Source: Gemmatimonadota bacterium (GTDB lineage Bacteria; Gemmatimonadota; Gemmatimonadetes; Gemmatimonadales; Gemmatimonadaceae). Taken from it: a stretch of DNA of 64,000 nt. This document shows positions 45,753 to 55,897 of this stretch, piece by piece. Below the pieces are notes generated by a model. The model ran no database searches and was not told where the DNA came from. It saw only the letters and a program-made list of their open reading frames with translations. The stretch spans positions 126,929 through 190,928 of the forward strand of contig JAZJZK010000012.1 in the NCBI GenBank assembly GCA_040389905.1, read 5' to 3'. Positions within the stretch are counted from its first letter, which is position 1, and every line of letters begins with the position of its first letter. The translations under genes and the position numbers were made by a program.

Positions 45753-48296
45753 CTACCACCCGCCCTCGACTTCCACGACTGGCACCTGAAGAGCTGTTGC
45801 CACTGGCGTCCAGATGTCCACGTCCGCCGTATCCGTTTCGATGCCGATCACAAGTGCGTATCGTGCGCCGAACCGGCTTCGATCGCGCTTGGGCTGATCT
45901 TTCCACCATCCGGACACTGGATAAATGCCGATAACGCTCCGGTCGGCAAGTTCCTCCGCCGTCCCACTCCAGACGTCCGAGTGCAGCGACCCGCGGTTGC
46001 GAGCTTCCGGTCCGAGGCACCATTCGTCGGAATCACTGTCGACGGTGGGACGCTTCTCCTCCTCGGCAAGCGCTCGCTGATTGAGTCGCTTGGTGAAGTC
46101 GTCCTCGCTTTCGTTTGGAGAAATCACCGCATATCGAAGGCCATGCGATGCATACCGGTGGCGGCGCCGCCATCCGCGCTGGCCTGGATTCGGTTCGATG
46201 AAGTATGAGAGCGTCACTCGAAGACGAACGGCCGCGCCGCCCTGAGCCCCGACCTCACGCAATGCGTCTACTGGCCAAGGCAGACGGTGCATGTGCATTT
46301 CACGCATCTTACCGGCCACGAATGGGTGAATGACGCCCTCCGCGATCAAGGTAAGTGCGTCGTTCGCACTTCGCAGTGTGCGATCGAGACTGGGTACTCC
46401 GAAGCCATAGCGACGTACGAGCCGAGACCTTGCTCTCTTCGATTCACTGCCGTCGAAGCCTTCCTGCATTGCGGGCGTCCAGCGTGCACCATGAACTATG
46501 AGCGCCCGGATCGTTTCAGGCCAGAGCGCTGGGTACTCGGCTCGAGTGATGGTCGCTATTCTCGCCACCTGAACAGCAGCTGCACTCGTCGCGAAGGACA
46601 AACCGAGCGGTGTTGCCGGATCGGCGTGGGTCGACAGGAGACAAAGATCAGGTGTCGGGAAATCGATGTTGGTGCCGTCGGTCGCGACGTTTCCGCCTTC
46701 GAAGACGACGTCAGGTTTGATCGGCCAACCCTCCGCGAATGCAACTGACGTCGTGCTCCACGGAGAGAGATCGCCGGGTCTGGCCACAGGTGACCACGCG
46801 CTCCACGTTGGCTCAGTAATGAGCGCCTTTTCGGTGTATGCCCCGACGGCCAAGGCATTCCACGCTTGCGCTGGATCGTGCACGGGTTCGACGTCACTCC
46901 GCGCCAGGTGATCGGCGTCCAGATTCCTGACGTTCCCCGCGCTTATGACGAAGAGCCGTTCGGCGTTTTGCTCGGCATCGCCGACGTAGCGAAGCCCGTG
47001 ATCGGACGGATCGAAGCTGCGTCCCACGGCCATGGCATCAATCGCCGCAGACCAGGATGTTGGCTGGCCACGATCGCGCTGGTCTGCCGCCGTGATCGCG
47101 AGAGAGAAGACGCGTGGGCGCTCGGGCGATGTGATCTCCGGACGCGCTACAGCCTGCGCCGTGATTGCACCGTACAATTCCGGCACGTTCGCGCCGTGAG
47201 GTGGTAGGATCTTGACTGACTCCAGCCGATGCCTCACGAGAACCGGATCTCTGCTGGCGAATATGGGCGCGAGATCGCCGAAAACAGCCAAGCCGGCCAT
47301 CTCCGTGCCGTGGCCTTTACTACCTTCTCCGCCGCCGTCGTCATGCGACCCCCATCCGACGTTCACGGCGGTGGCGTCCTCTGATGAGAGAAACTGCTCG
47401 AGAAGGGGATGCCCGCGATTTACCCCGGTATCGAGCAGGCAGATTGCGGGCGCGTCTGCCGGCGGAAAGACAGCGCGGGCAAGTAAGTCCCCAATCCATT
47501 CAACTTGCTCGGTCGCAGGTGTGCCTATGAACGGCGCGGCCGACTGTTTTGCTCGTCGCAGCTCGGCAAGATCATGCAGAACATCGAGGGAACCTGCCAG
47601 CTCACTCGACGTCGCGTGCACGAGGATCACCAAGCGGTCATCAAAGGCAAGGCGGCTATCGGCGATTTGAATGCTCGTCGCATCGGCGAACGAAAGAAAC
47701 CGTTCGAGTTCGCGCCCCTCGTCACGGCGCAGCCAGACTTCCCACCAGATCGACTCGCCATCCGCCGGGAAGCTGGTTGCCTCTTCCGTCCACAGAGCCC
47801 TCAGCGTTGCCCGTCGGAGCGCAGCGATGCGGTCCACCATCTCCTTGTGTTTTGGCTCGCCCTTCTGTGTGACCTTCGTTGCGTATTCCTCGAATCGAGA
47901 AAAGAAATGCTTCAGCGCCCCGTCAGGAACAAAAACGGTGGCATACTGAACCGCCGGTTCACTCTCTGCGGTTCGGACCCTTTGCACCGTGAGCAGTTCG
48001 ATTCCGAGACGTTTGTTCTCGAGTGATTCCAGTTTCAGCTCCTCGCCTGAGAGACTTTCGAACTGGATGTACAACCCAGGCACGGCCCCCTGGACATTCA
48101 CTCCCGCAACAGTTCGCTCTGCTTCGGCGTCACCCACTGCTCCACCCAGAGCAGCCCCCAATGCCTCCGCGTGCGCGACGCGGTCCGCTGGGCGGTCAAA
48201 CTGCCGAGCCTTCACCGTGCGCGGATGTGGGCTGAACGGCTGCGCCTCGGGAGGCGCGCTCACGACCAGATGCTTGCGATTCCTCGGAGCCGGCAT
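45753..48296 (-). CDS. ietS: S8 subtilisin-like serine peptidase of IetAS type
   Basis: LLDTG, GHGTEMAG, SAGN, KPDVVFEGGN, ATSAAA, YGFGVP, RGSLHSD. 12 bp downstream of an AAA ATPase gene. Confidence 0.9.
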   Translation of the reverse strand: MPAPRNRKHLVVSAPPEAQPFSPHPRTVKARQFDRPADRVAHAEALGAALGGAVGDAEAERTVAGVNVQGAVPGLYIQFESLSGEELKLESLENKRLGIELLTVQRVRTAESEPAVQYATVFVPDGALKHFFSRFEEYATKVTQKGEPKHKEMVDRIAALRRATLRALWTEEATSFPADGESIWWEVWLRRDEGRELERFLSFADATSIQIADSRLAFDDRLVILVHATSSELAGSLDVLHDLAELRRAKQSAAPFIGTPATEQVEWIGDLLARAVFPPADAPAICLLDTGVNRGHPLLEQFLSSEDATAVNVGWGSHDDGGGEGSKGHGTEMAGLAVFGDLAPIFASRDPVLVRHRLESVKILPPHGANVPELYGAITAQAVARPEITSPERPRVFSLAITAADQRDRGQPTSWSAAIDAMAVGRSFDPSDHGLRYVGDAEQNAERLFVISAGNVRNLDADHLARSDVEPVHDPAQAWNALAVGAYTEKALITEPTWSAWSPVARPGDLSPWSTTSVAFAEGWPIKPDVVFEGGNVATDGTNIDFPTPDLCLLSTHADPATPLGLSFATSAAAVQVARIATITRAEYPALWPETIRALIVHGARWTPAMQEGFDGSESKRARSRLVRRYGFGVPSLDRTLRSANDALTLIAEGVIHPFVAGKMREMHMHRLPWPVDALREVGAQGGAAVRLRVTLSYFIEPNPGQRGWRRRHRYASHGLRYAVISPNESEDDFTKRLNQRALAEEEKRPTVDSDSDEWCLGPEARNRGSLHSDVWSGTAEELADRSVIGIYPVSGWWKDQPKRDRSRFGARYALVIGIETDTADVDIWTPVATALQVPVVEVEGGW

Positions 48297-48308
48297 GGTC
48301 CTCGGGAC

Positions 48309-49298
48309 TTACTTCGAGTGACTCGCGCGCCGATCCTCGAGAGCCGCGACCAATTCCCCAGTTCGCACCTCGCGACGGTGAGCGAGGATGGCATGCTTTG
48401 CCGCTTGCTGCGCTGCCCTTGCCAGCTCCGCGTGGCTTAGTCCTTCAACAACCGCGGATACCTTCGCCCAGCCAACCTTCGACGTGTCGAGCAGCGCCAG
48501 CCTGCCGCGTAGAACCTCCACCGCCTCCTCAGTCGTCGGAAGTCCATACTTGATAACCGAATCGAATCGTCTCAGCAGGGCACGGTCAAGCAGGTCCGGA
48601 TGGTTCGTAGCAGCAACGACGAGACTGTCAGACTCATCCAGCTCCATGAACTGGAGGAACGAGTTCAACACTCGCCGAATCTCGCCAACTTCATTCTTCG
48701 CGCTGCGCTCCGCGCCAAGCGCGTCGAACTCGTCGAACAGGTAGACGGCGCGCGACTCACGGATCGTGTCGAAAATCAAACGAAGTTTGGCAGCCGTCTC
48801 GCCAAGATATTTCGTGATCAACCCGTCGAGCTGAATGGCGAAGAGAGGAAGGCCGAGCTCGCCCGCCAAGACCGCCGCCGTCATCGTCTTTCCGGTCCCC
48901 GGCGGACCAATCAGCAACAGCTTCCTCAGAGGCGAGAATCCATGCTCCCGAATCTGTGTTCGTCCGCGCTGTTCAACGAGGACGTGTTCGAGCCGGGCAC
49001 GCACGTCCTCTCGAAGCGTCATGTCAGTAAGGCGCGCTTGGGGAAAGCTCGCGGAAAGCAGCCCGACGAGTTCGCCGCGAGGCTGAACGATCGGGACCGC
49101 GCGAGACTTCTGTCCGGCGCGCGCCGTATCGCGCCGTTGCTTCGCCTCGTCTACGAGGTCGCGAAGCTCCTGCGCGAATTTCGTCTGGCCCAGCCGGGCA
49201 GCGCGAGCGGCGACCTGCATGGCGATGGCGTAGAAACGCTCGTCATCGCCTTCTGCGTGTGTGCGGACGAGTGCCTTGAACTGATCTGCTTTGGCCAT
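48309..49298 (-). CDS. ietA: AAA+ ATPase of IetAS type
   Basis: MAKADQFKALV start, GPPGTGKT, LFDEFDA, GEIRRVLNSFLQ, AATNH, LDRALLRRFD. Confidence 0.9.
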   Translation of the reverse strand: MAKADQFKALVRTHAEGDDERFYAIAMQVAARAARLGQTKFAQELRDLVDEAKQRRDTARAGQKSRAVPIVQPRGELVGLLSASFPQARLTDMTLREDVRARLEHVLVEQRGRTQIREHGFSPLRKLLLIGPPGTGKTMTAAVLAGELGLPLFAIQLDGLITKYLGETAAKLRLIFDTIRESRAVYLFDEFDALGAERSAKNEVGEIRRVLNSFLQFMELDESDSLVVAATNHPDLLDRALLRRFDSVIKYGLPTTEEAVEVLRGRLALLDTSKVGWAKVSAVVEGLSHAELARAAQQAAKHAILAHRREVRTGELVAALEDRRASHSK

Positions 49299-49739
49299 GT
49301 CAGACGCATGATCAAGGGTTGTGCGCCGATTCTCTGCGCGCTCGTGGCGCCTCCGTTTCAAGCTGAATCTACAGCGCGCGACTCGGCACTGTCGAGTCTC
49401 GTAGATTGCGGCGACGACTGGCTCCACGGAAGGGATCGAAAATAGACTCGCCCGTAGCTGTTTCCGGCCCGTAGAGCATAGACGTGACTGTAGCGGGGCT
49501 GTGCTCGCCGTCACGAAGGGCGCCGCAGGGACAATCTGCTCGGCGTGCTGCTGCCGCCTCTTCGGGGCTCCGTCGACGGAGACGAACGACGCGAGAGTCG
49601 TAATCCGGCGTGCTGCTGCCGCCGAGCGTTTGACCATTACCGACGAGCAGGCCGTCGATTGGAAAGTTGAGAAAGCTCGCTCCGGCCGACCCACGATAGC
49701 CGCTACTCCAACTACTGCATCGCGTATCTTGATAAGACC

Positions 49740-51686
49740 ATGGGATCCCTCGACGACCTCCCGCAGCGCGGTGTAACGCACGAGACGGCGGAAGCCGCTG
49801 AACGCGCGTTTGCGAACGCAGTCGCGGACGCCCTGCTATTTGTCCATCAAGGCTGCGACCGGCACGACTACGGGAGCGATGCGGTCATAGAAGCGGTACG
49901 CGAAGGAGCCGTCACGAATCTTCGCATTCACGCGCAGCTCAAAGGCACCACGGCGACGGCTAACAGCGACGGCTCGGTCAGTGTCTCGGTAGCGCGAACG
50001 ACTCTGAACTATCTCCTCAATCAGCCCTCGTCGCTTTTCGTCTGCTACCACGTGCCCAGCGGCCGCTTGCTCGCGCGATACGCCGAGGACGTGTACGCGG
50101 AGTATGCACATCGCGACGAGGATTGGCTCGCCCAGGACTCAATTACCGTTCGCTTCCACGCGTCGTTCGATCGAGAGTTTCAACATCTGCTGCATCGCCG
50201 TCTACTGGCAGCAGGAGAAGGACACCGGGAGACACGGCTCGACTGGATCGCAAGTCCACCAGGATACGCGGCGGAGCTCGTGCGGCAGACGCCGCGTATC
50301 ATCGACGTCCCAGCTGATCCCGATCGAGCGCAACTGATCTTGGCCGCGCTGTACGAAGCAGGCGAAGACGATGTGATTTCTGCTTCCTTCGCGGCTTTCG
50401 CTGCCGTTTTGGATGGGGTGGAGGGCGCCTTGGATGCCGCCTACATGGCGGAAATTAACCGCGGCCTGAATCACGCTGCCTTCGACAAGCAACGTGTGCG
50501 TCGAGGTATCGAGGTGCTACGGACTGCCGCCACATCGCGGCGAATCGAACCACTATCTGCAGGATACTGTGAAGCGAACGCGAGGCTGGCGCTAGGCGAG
50601 CATGCACTTGCCATCGAGGGATACAGCGGCATTCTCCCACAACTTGAACAGCTCAACGCGCATATCGCGGCGATGTGTGCCAAGAATCTTGGCAGCGCGT
50701 ACGAAGCGCTCGGTGATGTCTCCTCGGCACATCAGTTCTATGCACGAGCGGTGGAACTCGATTCAGAGCTCGGTGAAGCACATTTCGCGCTAGCGATGTG
50801 TGCACGGCGCGATGGCGACATCCAGATGGCCTTGTCGCATTTGGATAGAGTGGCGCCCTCCCCGCGCTCCGCTATCCGTATGCCGAGTGTCAGCGGCTGG
50901 CGTATCGCACTCCTATTTCAAACCGGAGATTACAACGCGGCCTTCCGCGACATCAGCACTCTCCGTGACCAAGCGCGTTCAGCGCGGTGGATATGGCCCT
51001 GGTGCGCTAGGCAAGTGGCAATTTACGGCCGAGCAACCGTTGATTCGACGAAGCTCGCACTCCGCTTTTGGAACGGGTATCTGGAGGAGCATCCCGACGT
51101 TGCTCCGGCTAAGCGCGAACGGTTGCTGTGCCTCGCGCGACTCGACCGCCATAGTGTTGCGACTCGCGTTTCGTTTGACGCGTTCGTTGCCGAGGTGTCG
51201 GAGGTGGCTGCCGCTGGTGACTCCCAGGCGGCTTTGCTGTGGGATGTTGCCGGACACTGGGCCCAGCGTGAAGGAAGGTGGGACGACGCGGAGGCAGCGT
51301 TCAGGCGCGCTCACGAGTTGGATAGTTCGCGATTCGCGTACTGTCTTGCTACCGCGCTCAACTTCCTAGATCGCTATGATGAAGCATTGCGTGTTCTCAA
51401 CGCGTTGCCCTTGGTCGACATGGATGCGCAGGCCTGGTTTCAGCTCGCTGTCGCTCGCGACGGGATTGGCAACTTAGAGGGCGCCATAGCAGCCTACCGT
51501 TTAGCAATCGGACTTGAGCCGGCGTATGCTCTCGCCTGGTTCAATTTGGGCGGGGTCCTTTTCAACGCTGGAGACTTGGTAAGCGCTCGCGAGATCTGGA
51601 CCGACGCATTGAATCGGTTCCCGGAGCATGAACTGGCGGCCACGATCCGCAATGAGTTCGCGTTTGTTGTCGGTGACGGTCACTAA
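49740..51686 (+). CDS. DUF4365 (PD-(D/E)xK-like) domain fused to TPR repeats
   Basis: HDYGSDAVIE...HAQLKGT nuclease-like N-terminus, followed by multiple TPRs (NLGSAY, AWFQLA, AWFNLGG). Confidence 0.82.
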   Translation: MGSLDDLPQRGVTHETAEAAERAFANAVADALLFVHQGCDRHDYGSDAVIEAVREGAVTNLRIHAQLKGTTATANSDGSVSVSVARTTLNYLLNQPSSLFVCYHVPSGRLLARYAEDVYAEYAHRDEDWLAQDSITVRFHASFDREFQHLLHRRLLAAGEGHRETRLDWIASPPGYAAELVRQTPRIIDVPADPDRAQLILAALYEAGEDDVISASFAAFAAVLDGVEGALDAAYMAEINRGLNHAAFDKQRVRRGIEVLRTAATSRRIEPLSAGYCEANARLALGEHALAIEGYSGILPQLEQLNAHIAAMCAKNLGSAYEALGDVSSAHQFYARAVELDSELGEAHFALAMCARRDGDIQMALSHLDRVAPSPRSAIRMPSVSGWRIALLFQTGDYNAAFRDISTLRDQARSARWIWPWCARQVAIYGRATVDSTKLALRFWNGYLEEHPDVAPAKRERLLCLARLDRHSVATRVSFDAFVAEVSEVAAAGDSQAALLWDVAGHWAQREGRWDDAEAAFRRAHELDSSRFAYCLATALNFLDRYDEALRVLNALPLVDMDAQAWFQLAVARDGIGNLEGAIAAYRLAIGLEPAYALAWFNLGGVLFNAGDLVSAREIWTDALNRFPEHELAATIRNEFAFVVGDGH

Positions 51687-51894
51687 CCGCACAGTGGATA
51701 CGGAGCCTTCTACGATGAACAAGTGAGGTAGTTCCCGCCCAAGCTGCGAGGATGCTGACGAGGAAGACGGCGAGAGCGGAGCGCATGGATGTTGAAGGGG
51801 AGTGATGTCCCTACGACCATGCGATTGCGGAATGGGTTGAGACTCGGCCCGGAGCGCAAATGTGTACCTACAGGTCCGCAGCCAGGTTTCGGGG

Positions 51895-53883
51895 CTAGAG
51901 CAACATGCGAATCGCATCTCCGGCAAAGTCGGAAACATATACACGTCCGCGCGAATCGACAGCGATGCCACCTGGCGTCCCGAGTCCATCCGCGATGAAA
52001 CGCAGAACGGGAGCATCTCCTCGACGATCAATTCGTAGCAGTCTTCCCGAATGAAAGAATGGCAGAAGTATCGCTCCTTCTTGGTCGACAGCAATGCCTG
52101 CCGCGCTATCAGAGCACCCGTGATGGATCGTCTCAATGAGCTCGCCGTCCCCATTGAACACATGTACCGCGCGGTAGCGCGTGCTCGGCGTGCACAAACT
52201 CCCATCAGGAGCAATGGCAAGATAGATCGCCATGTCTGGCGTTTGAAAGACAGCCTCACGACCATCTGGATCGATACGAAGAATCTGCCCTTTGTCACCA
52301 TTGCCCATGACGGCGACGAACACGCGCCCCTGCTGATCGGAGACAATTGCCTTCTTTGTTCCGCCGACAGAAGTGCCAACGCACTCCGCGCCTTGGAAGC
52401 GTCCGTCCCTTCTACGCAGTCGGAGAGCCTCTCTCCTCGCGACGTTACTCAAATAGAGTTCATCGTTGGAAGCGAGGTGCACGCAGTCGATCCCGTACGC
52501 CGCGGAATCGTCCATCTCGATCCTTACCGCCTCCGTGAAGCGCCCATCAGTGCTGATGCAAAACACTGACTCGGATTGGTTGACGCAATAGAGATTGTCG
52601 CTCCTGTCGAACGCAATCTGCTGGAGATGCCGGAGACCCTGGAAATACTTTACCACCGTGCCTCGTGTCAGCGCGACGACGCGCACTCGTGCGGTCGCGA
52701 TCAGGTCTTTCCATCTCGCCTCGATCGTCGCCTCCCCAAATTCCTTACCGTACAGCGCACCACCCTTGACGTAGGCAATCTGCTCGGCGCTCGTGCTCCA
52801 GGACACTTCCATTGTGACGTCGTGCTCAGTGCTCGCCGGCCCGTCCACACCGAAGGCACGCACGCGCAGGCATCGCCGCTCTCCCTGCCCGAGACGCACA
52901 TCTCCCGGCAGGATGCTGATTCCGATGTGTCGCCTCCGACCCGACGCTCCGAGGATGCTCGGTCGTGCTACTGCAGAACCGCTCCAAGCGCTCTTGCGCT
53001 GGTTCGACGTTGCGTCAACGTACCAGGTTGGCCCTACGATCGATGTCTCAAACGGGCCGTGAGTGACATACTGGCCGACGTGATAGGCCCCGCGCGCAGC
53101 AGGGTAAATTCGAGTAAATGGCCGTCCCCCTCCTTGTCTGGCTAATAGAAGTAGTCCCACGACATCTTGTCGCTGCTCAAGACAGTCCGCATCGGAGAAC
53201 AACGGCATGTCGGCAGCGAGAACGATCTCATGACTCTGCGGGCGTTGTAACAACGCTCGAGTATCGGCGAGCACCTCCAAAGGGTCACCACCGGCATGAT
53301 GCAGCGCAACCACACCGACATAGTCAGGAGGGAGAGATACCTCGAGGAGGGTCGGTGAGCGAACAGAGCTGGATACCGTGCTCCCATCGCGCGCGATTGC
53401 TCGGACGCGATCAAGTCGTTCGCCGTGTATCTGGAGTGAAGGACTGGCTGCCGTACCCGTCACCTGAAACGCCGCAATTCTCGGTCGAAGCCTGCGGTCT
53501 TGATCCAGGTAAAACAATAGGAGACTCGCAGTCGCGAGAAACTGGAAACATGTTTGCGCATCTGGACAAGGGATCGCGGGCATCTTCTTGTGGCTGCGAT
53601 CGTTACGGATGTGTCCGAGGGCACCAGCAAAGAGTTGCTTCAGCGCCTCTCGATCCCTCGCATCCTCGGCCAGATCGATTGCCGGGTCGGGACCGTCAAA
53701 CGCCTCAGCGATCAGCGCCTGACCAATGGCGCGGCTTTGGATTCGCTCCTGAACGGACGCCTCTACAATTCGATAAGCGGCGAAGATTGCATCGTCGAAC
53801 CGCCCTATGGCCGCAGTTGCCTGTGCGGCATTGCGCACGCTCGGATGGATGAGACTCCAAGCCTGTTCGCCGATGTCGGTCAC
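51895..53883 (-). CDS. TIGR02391/Ymh (HEPN-like) domain fused to Ig-like and beta-propeller domains
   Basis: IHPSV...FDDAIFAAYRIVE...LFAGALGHIRNDRSH; Big_2-like VSWSTS...G.ATIEARW; propeller blades such as GIAVD..G and PGGIAVDSRGRVYVSD. Confidence 0.8.
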   Translation of the reverse strand: MTDIGEQAWSLIHPSVRNAAQATAAIGRFDDAIFAAYRIVEASVQERIQSRAIGQALIAEAFDGPDPAIDLAEDARDREALKQLFAGALGHIRNDRSHKKMPAIPCPDAQTCFQFLATASLLLFYLDQDRRLRPRIAAFQVTGTAASPSLQIHGERLDRVRAIARDGSTVSSSVRSPTLLEVSLPPDYVGVVALHHAGGDPLEVLADTRALLQRPQSHEIVLAADMPLFSDADCLEQRQDVVGLLLLARQGGGRPFTRIYPAARGAYHVGQYVTHGPFETSIVGPTWYVDATSNQRKSAWSGSAVARPSILGASGRRRHIGISILPGDVRLGQGERRCLRVRAFGVDGPASTEHDVTMEVSWSTSAEQIAYVKGGALYGKEFGEATIEARWKDLIATARVRVVALTRGTVVKYFQGLRHLQQIAFDRSDNLYCVNQSESVFCISTDGRFTEAVRIEMDDSAAYGIDCVHLASNDELYLSNVARREALRLRRRDGRFQGAECVGTSVGGTKKAIVSDQQGRVFVAVMGNGDKGQILRIDPDGREAVFQTPDMAIYLAIAPDGSLCTPSTRYRAVHVFNGDGELIETIHHGCSDSAAGIAVDQEGAILLPFFHSGRLLRIDRRGDAPVLRFIADGLGTPGGIAVDSRGRVYVSDFAGDAIRMLL

Positions 53884-54426
53884 TGAGAGGCAGAGTTACG
53901 GAAACGCGCGGAGGAACGCAACGACGGACTCACATTCTGCACAATAGTCGGCTCGACGTAAAGCGGATGCCAGCCTAGCTGGGACATTCTACGCTACGTT
54001 CAGAGGTGGTTGACAGTCTCCCATGACAGCTCTTCGCGGAACTGCCCATACGCTGAGGTTGTCATCAGCAGGCTGTAGCTAAGCTAAGCTCCGGCAGCAA
54101 GAGAACATCACACTGAACTCCGCCAAACCGTCCACGCCGGACGGCCACATAAACGCCTCAGGTTCCACTGCAAGGCACCTCTGAAACGCAATAGGACTCG
54201 CCCGTAGCTGTCTTCGCCCTCTTAGCATAGCCCTGACCGTCGCAGGGCTGTGCTCGCCCGCCGGCAGGGCTACTATCGCCCCCCGGCGTTGCCGGGCCAA
54301 GATTTGTTCCGCGGGCCTACCGAAAACGCCTTGCAGTTCCTTCAGCGAACCGCAATTGGCTTCCTCCGACTACGCTAGCTCTCGGAGCGAGAGTTTGACA
54401 TACGGCCGCTACCGTGACGGCGCGAC

Positions 54427-54768
54427 TCAAGACAATTGCTTCCGTAGATCGTCCGGCACCCGATACGAGGCGTCATCCATCGCGATCCCCTTGCTCTTCG
54501 CCTTCTTTCTCATGTGATCAGTCAGAGTCGCCTTGAAATACAATAGGTCCTCTCGACTCCTGATATCACATCGCGACGCCTCCTCCATCCACAGCCGCTG
54601 GCTTGCTTCCTGAATGAGGTCGTCCCTCACGTCGCGATCCGTGGTGAGTTGGCGGGCATAGATCTCCACGCTGGTCTTCACGTGCCTCCACACGCGGATG
54701 TATGCGTTGTGCACATCCCCTGTCGCTCCTCCCTCCGGAGGCGGCGTAAACGCTTCATTTGTCCGCAT
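54427..54768 (-). CDS. Sigma70 region-2-like small protein (no region 4)
   Basis: YARQLTTDRDVRDDLIQEASQRLW resembles the ECF DAEDLVQE motif. TGATG overlap with the upstream gene. Confidence 0.55.
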   Translation of the reverse strand: MRTNEAFTPPPEGGATGDVHNAYIRVWRHVKTSVEIYARQLTTDRDVRDDLIQEASQRLWMEEASRCDIRSREDLLYFKATLTDHMRKKAKSKGIAMDDASYRVPDDLRKQLS

Positions 54769-55343
54769 CACGCCACCATCGACGAGAGACACTCGTCCAA
54801 CACTTCCAATTCCGCCCACCGCAGGAACCTGTCTCCCTGCGTGGGACTCATTCGCCGCCGCAGCTTCCCGGTGTACCCCCGGTACAGAAGACCCCGGTGG
54901 TCCGTATCTCCTTCGATCGATGACAGGTCATAGTAGAAGATGCGGTCGTCGATCAACCCGTTCCCATTCACCGAGGTTACCAGCCCGGCGTGAATGAACT
55001 CCCTCGTGCGGAATGAACGCTGGAGGAGGATGTCCCCGCTCATGGGCGACTCGTAGAGAATGCCGCGTTCTGCTCCGAACACCGAGAGCGTCTGCGGTGA
55101 CAGGCCGAGCGGGACCGGCCACGACGACTTCGCTACGCTCTCATCATAGTAGGCGCGAAAGCCGAGCTGCTGAAGAAGTCGTACATCGAGGGGCGCCAGC
55201 GCCGCTGCAGGATTGTCGGCTGTAGCTCCAGTCGGAATCGGCGGCGCATGCTGCGCGGTCGGTTTCCAGTTGAGTTCCTGCTGCACCGCGTTGCGCGCCA
55301 TCTGCACCAGCACCTGCGGAGACAAACGAGCCATGAGAGTCAC
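54768..55343 (-). CDS. Hypothetical protein
   Basis: 191-aa ORF translationally coupled to the sigma-like gene. Confidence 0.6.
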   Translation of the reverse strand: MTLMARLSPQVLVQMARNAVQQELNWKPTAQHAPPIPTGATADNPAAALAPLDVRLLQQLGFRAYYDESVAKSSWPVPLGLSPQTLSVFGAERGILYESPMSGDILLQRSFRTREFIHAGLVTSVNGNGLIDDRIFYYDLSSIEGDTDHRGLLYRGYTGKLRRRMSPTQGDRFLRWAELEVLDECLSSMVA

Positions 55344-55729
55344 CGTCGTCGCAGAAGTCCACCACCTGTCGCATCACCCTCGGGGCACGGTCGCCATTGG
55401 CCGCGTCAGCGCCGAGTAACCCGGACTACGCACCGGCTTGGTTTCAGGTTTCAGCCGCCTGTGACGCGCAGATGACGCCTGGTGATTAAAGGACACCGGC
55501 GTGGTTTCCCGGAGCACTCGGACCGACGGCGTCCCCGGTTGGAAATACCGGTGCCACACCCACCCCGGCGGCAGCGCCGCTGAACGTGGCAGAACCGCCA
55601 CCCGCGACTGCGAGACTCGCACTCACCCGTATGTGCGAGGCGGCCACGCGCGCCTGAATGTTTCCCAACGGGTTCGAACGCTCACTGTCTTCCACGCGAC
55701 GGTGAGTCACTTTGGTCGCGCCTTCGAAC

Positions 55730-55897
55730 CACCTGCACTCAGCGCAGAGTCGCCGACACGCGGGGCAGAGCCACCTGCACTCGCCACAAAGTCACCTGCA
55801 CTCGGCACAGAGTCACCTGCCCTCAACCGCGAGTCATCCTTTCCGCACACGGAGCTGACTCTCCCCAACTCGTAAGCATCTGCACTCGGTGCCGAAC
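55730..55897. repeat. Degenerate 21-bp tandem repeat (about 8 units)
   Basis: CACCTGCACTC-like starts at 55730, 55772, 55793, 55814 and 55877, all on a 21-bp register, with degenerate units between. Confidence 0.7.

Noticed and set aside
49299..49781. N-terminal extension of the AAA ATPase to 490 aa
   Set aside because: Family-like sequence begins at MAKADQFKAL (49298). The extension overlaps the divergent DUF4365 gene start.
55730..55897. CRISPR array
   Set aside because: The 21-bp period is too short, the units are degenerate and there are no spacers.
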